A DNA stretch of 64,000 nt. Source: Bryobacteraceae bacterium. GTDB taxonomy: Bacteria > Acidobacteriota > Terriglobia > Bryobacterales > Bryobacteraceae. Below, one piece after another: positions 9,350-17,240 of this stretch (the stretch's first letter is position 1; every line of letters begins with the position of its first letter). Below the pieces are notes generated by a model, which worked only from the letters and a program-made list of their open reading frames with translations, ran no database searches and had not been told where the DNA came from. Made by a program: the position numbers and the translations under genes. Where the stretch lies: assembly GCA_049511335.1 (NCBI GenBank), contig JBEKYD010000001.1:28097-92096 (forward strand), written 5' to 3'.

Positions 9350-10513
9350 TCACACGCGCAAATACCAGCCCTTCCGGTGCATCGCGTACGCGACCAGATA
9401 CATGGCTCCCGTAAACACCAAGGAGTACAACAGCGACGCAATCGCAGGCGAGGCCAGCGGCGCGAAGAGCGTGCGATAGAGATAATGCTGCAGCGAGATG
9501 TGGCCGGACGCCGCGTTCCATCGGATGCTCGAGATCGCTTCGGCAGAGAACTCCGCCGCCATGTACACGGCAATCGCATTCATTCCCAGGATCACCAGCG
9601 GTCTCACGGGTTTGTGCCAGCCCAGGCCGTCCACCAGCCAGGCGAACATGGCGAAGACCACGAAATCGAGGCCCGCCATGAAGAGACAGAAGGAATCCGT
9701 CCAGAGTTTCTTATTGATAGGCAGCCAATAACTGCAGATGGCGCCGGCGGCGAGCAGAAGGTTGCCGGCCAGGAAGAGCCAGGTCATGCGCTCGGGCAGC
9801 GACCGGCGCAGCCGCAGCAGGTGGCCGGCCAGCACGCCAAACAGTGTGGTGGCAATGGCCGGAAGGGTGCTGACGATGCCTTCCGGGTCCCAGGTCTTAG
9901 TCTCTCGATAGTTATGGCTGCCCAGGACCATGCGGTCGATGTAGTGGGCGAAATTGCCGTCCTCGTCGAGGCGGCCGGGGCCGAATCCCGGCGCCGGAAC
10001 CAGCGTCATCAACATCCAATAGGCGGCCAGCAGGCCGATCAGCCAACAGATTTGAGCGCGCAGACCGGTGTACAGAAACAGGATCGATACCACCAGGTAA
10101 CAGATGGCGATCCGCTGCAGCACACCCAAGATTCGTTGCGTGCCCAGGTCGAAGAGAGGCGGCGCGTAAACGGCCAGCCCGAAGGCAAACAAGATGGCGG
10201 CGCGGCGGAAGATCTGCGGCAACAGGCGCGCGCGGGGAATGCCTTCGGCCAGGCGCTTGCCCAGAGAAAGGGTGATGGCGACGCCGACAATCCACAAAAA
10301 CGTGGGGAACACCGTATCGGTGAGCGTCCAACCGTTCCACTGCGAGTGGCGCAACTGCGTATACGCGTCCCGCTCGCTGCCGTTGTTATTGACAAGCACC
10401 ATGAGCGCCATGGTGAGGCCGCGGAAGGCATCGAGCGAAAGCAGCCGCCGCGGCGTGGAAGCGGGGGTCTCGAGGACCGGTTCGAGGGACGGTGCGACGG
10501 AGGTCGGGGTCAT
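9350..10513 (-). CDS. HGSNAT-like membrane acyltransferase (DUF1624/DUF5009, heparan-alpha-glucosaminide N-acetyltransferase family)
   Basis: Start re-set to the ATG at 10513 (MTPTSVAPS...), which overlaps the ogt stop as ATGA. Family signature LLSLDAFRGLTMALMVLVNNNGS...HSQWNGWTLTDTVFPTFLW followed by about 10 TM helices. The 129 codons upstream in the ORF track are Arg-rich and antisense-like. Confidence 0.8.
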   Translation of the reverse strand: MTPTSVAPSLEPVLETPASTPRRLLSLDAFRGLTMALMVLVNNNGSERDAYTQLRHSQWNGWTLTDTVFPTFLWIVGVAITLSLGKRLAEGIPRARLLPQIFRRAAILFAFGLAVYAPPLFDLGTQRILGVLQRIAICYLVVSILFLYTGLRAQICWLIGLLAAYWMLMTLVPAPGFGPGRLDEDGNFAHYIDRMVLGSHNYRETKTWDPEGIVSTLPAIATTLFGVLAGHLLRLRRSLPERMTWLFLAGNLLLAAGAICSYWLPINKKLWTDSFCLFMAGLDFVVFAMFAWLVDGLGWHKPVRPLVILGMNAIAVYMAAEFSAEAISSIRWNAASGHISLQHYLYRTLFAPLASPAIASLLYSLVFTGAMYLVAYAMHRKGWYLRV

Positions 10514-11046
10514 GCGCTTTCCTCTCCTGTAAAGGGTAACGCGCCGCCGCGTTCGTGATCGAGGAGCCAGCGTTTGCGGGCCAGGCCGCCGCCGTAGCCG
10601 GTAAGCGCGCCATTGGCGCCGATGACGCGATGGCAGGGAACCACGATGGCGACGGGGTTGGAACCGTTCGCCAAACCGACGGCGCGGCAGGCACTGGGCC
10701 GTCCGATGCGAGCGGCCAGTTGGCCGTAGGTGGTAGTGGAACCGGCCGGAATCCGGCGCAGCGCGGCCCAGACCTGGCGCTGGAATGGAGTGCCGCCGGC
10801 ATCGACGGGGATGCGGTCGATGGCAGTCACGTCGCCGGCAAAATAGGCTTCGAGCGGTTCGCGGATTTCGGGCGGCGCGGCGGCGGGGACCAGGCGGCAC
10901 GGGCCGTAGTGCCGTTCGAGGGCGCGCTCGAGGCCGTCGTCGCCGTGAAGGTCCAGCATGCGAAGCGCGGCCTGGCCGGCAGTGCCGCTCCAGACCAGGC
11001 GCAGCACGCCGATGGGCGAAGTCATGCGGTCGAGGAACAGGTCCAT
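10510..11046 (-). CDS. ogt: methylated-DNA--protein-cysteine methyltransferase
   Basis: Active-site PCHRVIGANGALTGYGGGL and helix-turn-helix region TYGQLAARIGRPSACRAVGLANGSNP. Start set to the ATG at 11046 (MDLFLDRMTSPIG). Confidence 0.9.
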   Translation of the reverse strand: MDLFLDRMTSPIGVLRLVWSGTAGQAALRMLDLHGDDGLERALERHYGPCRLVPAAAPPEIREPLEAYFAGDVTAIDRIPVDAGGTPFQRQVWAALRRIPAGSTTTYGQLAARIGRPSACRAVGLANGSNPVAIVVPCHRVIGANGALTGYGGGLARKRWLLDHERGGALPFTGEESA

Positions 11047-11105
11047 GGGTACACTCAGGGTACTGCTTTGGGGCCTGCTAGGGATGGCCGGCGTGCGGGA
11101 AACGA

Positions 11106-11303
11106 TCAGGCTGCGCCGGCAAGCATCTTGGGGAGGCAACAATCGGTGAATTTCCTACCGCTGCCGCAGGGGCACGCCTCACTGAAGCCGGCGAAATCGG
11201 CGGCGTTGTGCATTCTTGTGCGATTAGGCGGCATTTGTGCGCCTACCGGGGCGGGTTTAGCGGCAGTGCGACGTTGTTTCCGTTCGAACGGGATGGGTGG
11301 CAT
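11106..11303 (-). CDS. small SEC-C motif (SecA C-terminal-like zinc-binding) protein
   Basis: 65-aa ORF ending in CPCGSGRKFTDCC, the classical SEC-C metal-binding motif. Confidence 0.6.
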   Translation of the reverse strand: MPPIPFERKQRRTAAKPAPVGAQMPPNRTRMHNAADFAGFSEACPCGSGRKFTDCCLPKMLAGAA

Positions 11304-11379
11304 CGCTTGCTCAGAGCCAGAAAAAGCTCTTCAAAACCGATACATGTTATAGTGTCGCATCAGGAGGAACGCTGAACTT

Positions 11380-11790
11380 ATGCCGCGCGCGATTCCAATT
11401 CTCGCCGGCCTGCTCCTCTGCACTCTTGGCTTGAGCCCGATGGCTTGCCACCGTAGTAGCGATACAGAGCTGGAGACGTTGGATTACGCCAAGAGCACGA
11501 TCAGCCTGGATGGCCCGGCTACTGCGCGGACCACCGGCGGCCACAAGATTGAAGTGGAGGGGCCGGCGACCAACCACGACAAGTTTCAGCACGACGTCTA
11601 TTTCACGGCCACGCTTTGGGATGCTGGCGGCAACGCCGTGGGCACGGCCACCGGCAAGCTGGAGGATTGGCCGGCAGGGCATCGCGGTCTCTACAAGCTT
11701 GCGGGCACAGCGAAGTCTGCCGAGTGGGCGCGCGTAACGGTGGTGGTCTCCAACGTGAAGGAACATGTGAGGGGCCAGGCTGAGGATTAG
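11380..11790 (+). CDS. putative lipoprotein, unknown function
   Basis: 136 aa. Signal peptide with a lipobox-like LSPMAC. First gene of a tightly packed four-gene plus-strand operon. Confidence 0.6.
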   Translation: MPRAIPILAGLLLCTLGLSPMACHRSSDTELETLDYAKSTISLDGPATARTTGGHKIEVEGPATNHDKFQHDVYFTATLWDAGGNAVGTATGKLEDWPAGHRGLYKLAGTAKSAEWARVTVVVSNVKEHVRGQAED

Positions 11791-11796
11791 GCCCGG

Positions 11797-12354
11797 ATGC
11801 CTGTGCCAGGACCAAGCAGAGTCATCCGAGCCCAAGTGATGGCCGCGGCTTTGCTGTACATTGTTCTGGCGCGGTCTGCGGCGGCCACGGGCAACTACGT
11901 CCTGACGGCGGAGCTTCCGGCGACGCTCCGCAAAGGTGCGCCGGCCACTCTGCTTCTCCACGTTCACAGTGGAGCGCAGCCGGTGGACCACCTGGCCGCC
12001 TGCCTGGCCACTGCGCCACTTTTCATCAGCATGGAAGATGCCCTGGATACCACTCCCGCTAATGGCATCGATCTCGGGGCCGGCCCCGAGTCCGGCCTTC
12101 AGCCGGCCTGCAGCATGGCCATCGCGGGTGTCCCGAGCGGGCCCGGCACCTATGCCTTTACGTGGGAGCCGGACACAGCCGGCAGGGTGAACCTGAAGTT
12201 CACCGCCGGAGCCAGCGCCATCACCGTGCCCGCCGACGTTGACAGCGCACCCCCCAGTCCCGTGATCCTCGCCGTCTTCGTGGTCTTCGTCGCGCTGGTT
12301 TTCAGCATAGCCGCTTACGTGCGCCGCCGGTGGCCGGAAGCGGCGGCCCCATGA
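11797..12354 (+). CDS. secreted protein with C-terminal TM anchor, unknown function
   Basis: 185 aa. N-terminal signal/anchor (AAALLYIVLARSAAATG) and C-terminal helix PVILAVFVVFVALVFSIAAYV. The stop overlaps the next start as ATGA (12351-12354). Confidence 0.6.
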   Translation: MPVPGPSRVIRAQVMAAALLYIVLARSAAATGNYVLTAELPATLRKGAPATLLLHVHSGAQPVDHLAACLATAPLFISMEDALDTTPANGIDLGAGPESGLQPACSMAIAGVPSGPGTYAFTWEPDTAGRVNLKFTAGASAITVPADVDSAPPSPVILAVFVVFVALVFSIAAYVRRRWPEAAAP

Positions 12355-13463
12355 ATCTATTGAGCATTCCGTGGATCAGGGCCGCGCTGCGCAGCCGTTT
12401 CTACCCCACGGCTTTTCAATGGACCACGGCAGCGGCGTTCGTTCTGGTTCTCTGGGCGGCGCTCTTCGGAACGAACAACGCCGGTCAGAATTTCGGGATG
12501 GCATTGGCCTGGACCGTCTGGTGGCCGCTGCTGCCGCTCTCTTTCGTTTTCGTCGGACGCTTCTGGTGCGCTGTTTGCCCCCTGGCTTGGCTTTCCGACC
12601 AGGTCCAGCGTGCAGTGGGAGTGCGGCTCTCCGCTCCGCGCGTCCTCGTGCGGTATGGCCCGTGGATCATAGCCGCGCTGTTCATCATGATCACCTACCC
12701 CGACCAGACGTGGCAATTCGACGATGACGCGCGTAAGACTGGCTATCTGCTGCTGGCGTTGCTTTCCGTGGTGATCTTCTTCGGGGCGTTTTTTGAGCGG
12801 CGGACGTTTTGCCGGTATGCCTGTTTCGTCGGGGCATTTGCCTCCAATTACAGCCGGGCCGGCGTGGTGGAACTCCGCGCCGAGCCGGGGCGCTGCCGTC
12901 ATTGCCGTACCTCCGACTGCAGCCGCGGAACGGCCTCGATGCAGGGCTGCCCGGTCTTCCTTTTCGCTCCGGCCGTTGAGGACTCCGGTACGTGCCATCT
13001 TTGCGGGAACTGCGTAAAGAACTGCCCGCACGACGCGATCCGCATTTCGCCCCGCCTTCCCACGGCGGAGTTGTGGAACGTCCGCCAGCCACGGCTGCCC
13101 GATGTCGCCCTGGTGATGATCGTGATGGGCATGGTCCTGATCGAGCGCGCCACAGCGCTCCGTCTGTGGAATCCGCTGGTGGAGCAGACGGGTACGCTAC
13201 TGCATTTAGATTCCTATGCGTCGTATCCCCTAATCCACGGATTTCTCCTCACGATGTTTATGTTGGCGCCGCTAGCAGGCTTAGTGGTCGCCAGCCTCCT
13301 CTCGGAAGCGCTGCACGACAAGGTAAGCCTCGCGAAGGTATTCCAGAACTCCATGACCTTCGGTTACGCCATGATTCCGCTGGCCCTTGCCAGCCACGTC
13401 GCACTCGTCTCGATCGCCTGTTGGAATGGTCCCGAAGCATTCCCTTTGCCTTCCTGGCGATGA
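12351..13463 (+). CDS. polytopic 4Fe-4S ferredoxin-type membrane protein (FixG/CcoG / NapH-like)
   Basis: Cys motifs CAVCP, CRYAC, CRHCRTSDC and the canonical CHLCGNCVKNCPHDAI, embedded between TM helices. Start set to the ATG at 12351 (MNLLSIPW) because of the ATGA overlap. Confidence 0.8.
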   Translation: MNLLSIPWIRAALRSRFYPTAFQWTTAAAFVLVLWAALFGTNNAGQNFGMALAWTVWWPLLPLSFVFVGRFWCAVCPLAWLSDQVQRAVGVRLSAPRVLVRYGPWIIAALFIMITYPDQTWQFDDDARKTGYLLLALLSVVIFFGAFFERRTFCRYACFVGAFASNYSRAGVVELRAEPGRCRHCRTSDCSRGTASMQGCPVFLFAPAVEDSGTCHLCGNCVKNCPHDAIRISPRLPTAELWNVRQPRLPDVALVMIVMGMVLIERATALRLWNPLVEQTGTLLHLDSYASYPLIHGFLLTMFMLAPLAGLVVASLLSEALHDKVSLAKVFQNSMTFGYAMIPLALASHVALVSIACWNGPEAFPLPSWR

Positions 13464-13681
13464 TGGACCGGTTTCCCGCCGAGAACCATGCGGCTTGGCT
13501 GCCCAACCCGACGGTTAGCCGAATTGAGATAGTGGTGCTGGCCCTGGGAATTGCCGGCTCATGGTATTCCGCTTGGCGCGTCGCTAGGCGGCGCGCGCGC
13601 CGGAGACCGCTGGCCGCCTGCCTGCCGCACGCGTTGCTGCTGCTGGGCGTGCTGGCTGCCAACCTTACCAACCAACGATGA
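13460..13681 (+). CDS. small 2-TM membrane protein, translationally coupled to the 4Fe-4S protein
   Basis: The ATG at 13460 overlaps the TGA at 13461-13463 (ATGA). 73 aa with helices IEIVVLALGIAGSWYSAW and LPHALLLLGVLAANL. It could alternatively be a frameshifted C-terminus of the preceding gene. Confidence 0.45.
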   Translation: MMDRFPAENHAAWLPNPTVSRIEIVVLALGIAGSWYSAWRVARRRARRRPLAACLPHALLLLGVLAANLTNQR

Positions 13682-14213
13682 TCTTCATTTCTTCACGGCG
13701 CGCGGATGCGGCTTCTTCGCCTTCACGGCTTCCGCCCGTTTCAACGCCAGCGCTTCTTGGTGGCTGCGACGATAGCCTTCCTGCCAGCGGCGGAGAGCAC
13801 CCGCTTCGGCTTCGGAACCTCGGACCAAATTCCCGAACGGCAGAGATAGATGGTGGTACACTTAGTCCGGGAGGTCCCAGCGCACGGCCGACCGGAAGTC
13901 TGACGCGTGGCTAACGTCCCCGACGGGATTGCCATAGATCCTCAGACCTGCAGAATGTGTTGGCCACCGCTCCTGCGACCTCCCCGCGCACCCACGCAAA
14001 AGCAACTCGACGCTACTTCTTCCCACTCGGGTCCAGAATGCGAGCACCGCGCTCGGCTGGCCGGATAGCTAGCAATTTGCCGACGTACTGGCGCCCGCTG
14101 CGCGCTGGGACCGGAATTCCACCAAGCGTTGGAAGACGCGGGCGTTGGAAAGGCGGGCGGCCCAGGCCCGCCTAATTAGCGTTATCATGGCCAAAGCCGG
14201 AGGCAGAACTGCA

Positions 14214-15332
14214 ATGTCTACTCGCAGGAGATTCTTCGCACAGATGAGCGCCGCCGTGGCCGCGGCCCGCGTGCTTCCAGAGGCGGCCTATGCGCAACGC
14301 GCCGCCGTCAAGGGCGTCGGCCTCGCCAAAGACATGGTATGGCTCAACGCCAACGAAAACGCGGCCGGTCCGCCGCCGTGCTCGCTGGACGCCATGCGCG
14401 CCGTGATGGCATCGAGCGGCCGTTACCACTACAACGAATTCGGCGACATCTATGCCGTCATGGCCAAGGCCGAAGGACTCACACCGGAGCAGATCGTCGT
14501 CGGTTCCGGATCGAGCGAAGTGCTGCACACCGCGGTCGATCTTTTCACTTCCCCCACGCGGCCGCTGATCGGCGTGAACCCGGCTTACGAAGGGCCTCGC
14601 GATGTCGCCCGCAACCTGGGTCGTCCCGTGATTTTGACCAAGCTGCTCAATGACTACACTGCCGATGTCCACAAGATGGCCGAAGAGGCGGATCGAGCGC
14701 ACGGCGGGCTCATCTACTTCTGCAATCCCAACAACCCTACCTCCACCGTCACCAGCGCCCAGGATGTCGATTGGCTGGTCAACAACCTGCCCGCCAATAC
14801 CACCCTGCTGGTGGATGAAGCCTACATCCACTTCGTGGAACGGCCCGACGTGAAGAGCGCCCTGCTTTACGTACAACAGGGCAAGAACGTCATCGTGACG
14901 CGCACGTTTTCCAAGATTTATGGCATGGCCGGGCTGCGGGTCGGTTTCGCCGCGGCTCGGCCCGACCTCGCCGAACAGATGGCGCGCCTGGCGCTCAACG
15001 TGATCTCGATTGTGAGTGCGCGCGCCGTGGTGGCCGCTCTGGCCGACCGCGACAACATTCTGCGCGAGCGCAAGGCTGCGCTAGTCAAGACTCGCCGCGA
15101 GTTGACCGCATGGCTGCGCGAACGGGAGGTGAGGTTCATCGAGCCGAATGCCAACTTCGTTATGATTGACGTGGGCCGCAACGCGCGCGAATTCATCACC
15201 ACCATGCCCACCATGGGAGTGGCGCCCGGACGCCCCTTCCCGCCGCTCGACAACATGCTTCGCGTCAGCATCGGCACGGATGCGGATATGACGAAGTTCC
15301 GCGAAGTTTTCTGGAAGGTCTACAAGGGCTAA
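14214..15332 (+). CDS. class I/II PLP-dependent aminotransferase (HisC-like) with twin-arginine signal peptide
   Basis: Start set to the ATG at 14214. Tat motif MSTRRRFFAQMSAAVAAARVLPEAAYA. PLP-lysine region RTFSKIYGMAGLRVGF, plus NPNNPT and DEAY motifs. Confidence 0.9.
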   Translation: MSTRRRFFAQMSAAVAAARVLPEAAYAQRAAVKGVGLAKDMVWLNANENAAGPPPCSLDAMRAVMASSGRYHYNEFGDIYAVMAKAEGLTPEQIVVGSGSSEVLHTAVDLFTSPTRPLIGVNPAYEGPRDVARNLGRPVILTKLLNDYTADVHKMAEEADRAHGGLIYFCNPNNPTSTVTSAQDVDWLVNNLPANTTLLVDEAYIHFVERPDVKSALLYVQQGKNVIVTRTFSKIYGMAGLRVGFAAARPDLAEQMARLALNVISIVSARAVVAALADRDNILRERKAALVKTRRELTAWLREREVRFIEPNANFVMIDVGRNAREFITTMPTMGVAPGRPFPPLDNMLRVSIGTDADMTKFREVFWKVYKG

Positions 15333-15569
15333 ACGGGCCCGTCAGCCGACAGAACACTACCGATATCTGAACGACTTTTGTGCTCATACCGTCCTCTCGT
15401 TGCCCGGTGGGCCAGTCAGGAATCGCCGTGCTGCCGGAGGAAGAATGGCGGAAACCGGTGCCCGAGTTGCGGGGCGGCGAGGACACGATCCCAGGGATTG
15501 GAGGTAGACCGGTCCGCGTGCTGGACGCCTTCTTCTTCTCCGAGGAAGGGTAGCGGAAGCGTCTATTTC

Positions 15570-16741
15570 TCAGCTCCCATAAATGGACTCTCGTTCCGAT
15601 TGTGGTGTCTTGCCCGTGATGAGCGGGGCGCCGATCTCCCGCGCGATGCCCTCGACCTGGGCCAGATACCCGCCCATGATGAGGATGCGCCCCTCGGGGT
15701 AGCCGGCGAGGAGAGCGCGCAAGCGGACCATCTTCGCCGGATTCTCGGCGGCGATGCGGAACTGCGCCCTTCTCTCCGCAAGGGCGTACTCCATCCGCCG
15801 CTCGGCGCTCATCGGCACGCGCTCCTCCACGCAGGTGGCGGCCGCGATCCACGCTTGCCGCTCCAAGTCTTTCCATGGGACGTCGAAGCGCTTTGGCCCG
15901 ATAAGCGCGAACACGTCTCCTTCCCGGCCGTCTTCCCGCACCAGGGTTGCGGTCAGGCCCAGCCGGCGGCGGGCCTGGAGGTCCGCGGTGGCGCGAAACA
16001 CGGGAGCCGGCAGCAGGTGCACCTCATCGTAGACGATCAGTCCCCAGGAACGCGCCCGGAACAGATCGAGGTGCGGGAATTCGCCTTCGCGGTTCGCGCG
16101 CCAGGTGAGGATCTGGTACGTCGTCAGGGTCACCGGCCCGGTGTTCTTCCGCTCGCCGGTGTATTCGGCGATGTCGCCGGGTTGAAGGGTCGTCTTGTCG
16201 AGGAGTTCGCGCCGCCACTGCTGGACCGCCGTCAGGCTGGTGGTGAGCACCAGGGCGGTCTGCCCGACAAGTTTCATCGCAGCCATGCCGACGATGGTTT
16301 TGCCGGCGCCGCACGGAAGAACCACTACGCCGCTGCCGCCACGGTCGGATCCCGCCTGGTAGAAAGCCTCGGCCGCTTGCCGCTGGTAGTCGCGAACCGC
16401 GAACCCGGCGCCTTCTCGAAGCGCGATCGGAAACGGCTCCCCGGCCACGTAACCCGCCAGGTCCTCGGCGGGTTGGCGCGAAATCGTCCGGCGCTGAAGG
16501 TGGCCGACGGCGAATGGACGACCTCGGCCACGGCAGCGCGCTGTAATTCATCCAAGCCTTCCCAAACCGCGCGTAAACCCTCCCCTTCGAGGTGGCGGAC
16601 GATCACATTGGCGATGTCCAGCTTCCTGGTTGGCACTTTCTCCCCGGTCAGCGCGGCGAGCTTCCGGAGTTCATCCGATGTCATGGATTCGAATGCCAAC
16701 TCGATCCCACGCATGGTTTCATCGTCAAGGTATAGTTTCAT
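15570..16741 (-). pseudogene. XPB/Rad25-type SF2 DNA helicase, frameshifted and C-terminally truncated
   Basis: Two overlapping reading frames are involved (16741-16325, then 16448-15570).
- Motif I: VLPCGAGKT.
- Motif II: LIVYDEVHLL.
- Motif III: GLTATLVREDG.
- The ORF stops right after GKTPQSERESIYGS, so helicase motifs V-VI are absent in all three downstream frames.
- The frame switch lies around 16450-16520. Confidence 0.6.
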
Positions 16742-16845
16742 GTCTTAAGGCGAAATCGCTCCTGTTTCTTCCTGCCATTCTCCCACGCCATACCGCGAAC
16801 CTCATCGACCAGGAAGCGGACACGCCGGCGTTTACCCGCTACCTC

Positions 16846-17163
16846 ATGGACGGGATCGGAAAGCAAATCACGCTGGCGATTACACCGCAAGCGCTGGCGG
16901 GCGCATCTTCCGCGGAGGTAAACTTGAAAGTTACGGATGCCGCCGCTCCCACTCTCTACGGAATTGAATTCACCGCGGATCACGGCATTGTCTCTGTCTT
17001 GTCATCGGGCTGGGGTTTCAAATTTCGTCCATTTTCTTCCGCGGATCAACTGCGGACCTTACCCATTTCCAACTTTCATAAGAAGAAGATGATCGATTGT
17101 CTGGCTGGACCGCCGCCGGCGCGATGCGTTTTTCAGCTTAACGCTATGCCGCCGGAACACTAG
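16846..17163 (+). CDS. hypothetical small protein (105 aa) in a low-GC spacer upstream of the patatin gene
   Basis: ATG at 16846, with balanced, protein-like composition (GIEFTADHGIVSVLSSGWGFKFRPF). No SD and no recognisable motif. The longer ORF-track version overlaps the helicase antisense. Confidence 0.3.
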   Translation: MDGIGKQITLAITPQALAGASSAEVNLKVTDAAAPTLYGIEFTADHGIVSVLSSGWGFKFRPFSSADQLRTLPISNFHKKKMIDCLAGPPPARCVFQLNAMPPEH

Positions 17164-17240
17164 CCGGCAATCAGGTTTTCGTAACGGATTCAAGGGCCAT
17201 GTCGAACGCCGTCACGGTGAATTTTCCGGAGGGATAACCC

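Noticed and set aside
12992-13681. A 229-aa ORF that could indicate a frameshifted C-terminal extension of the 4Fe-4S membrane protein.
   Set aside because: Only its last 73 codons look coding, and they begin with an ATG that overlaps the upstream TGA as ATGA. Two other junctions in this operon use the same coupling, so a separate small gene is the simpler reading. A frameshift cannot be fully excluded.
13683-13935. Possible small basic protein gene on the minus strand (…KPKRVLSAAGRKAIVAATKKRW, then in another frame ALKRAEAVKAKKPHPRAVKK).
   Set aside because: It needs a frameshift to read through, the upstream part is not protein-like and there is no start context. It is probably a decayed fragment within the 530-bp non-coding stretch 13682-14213.
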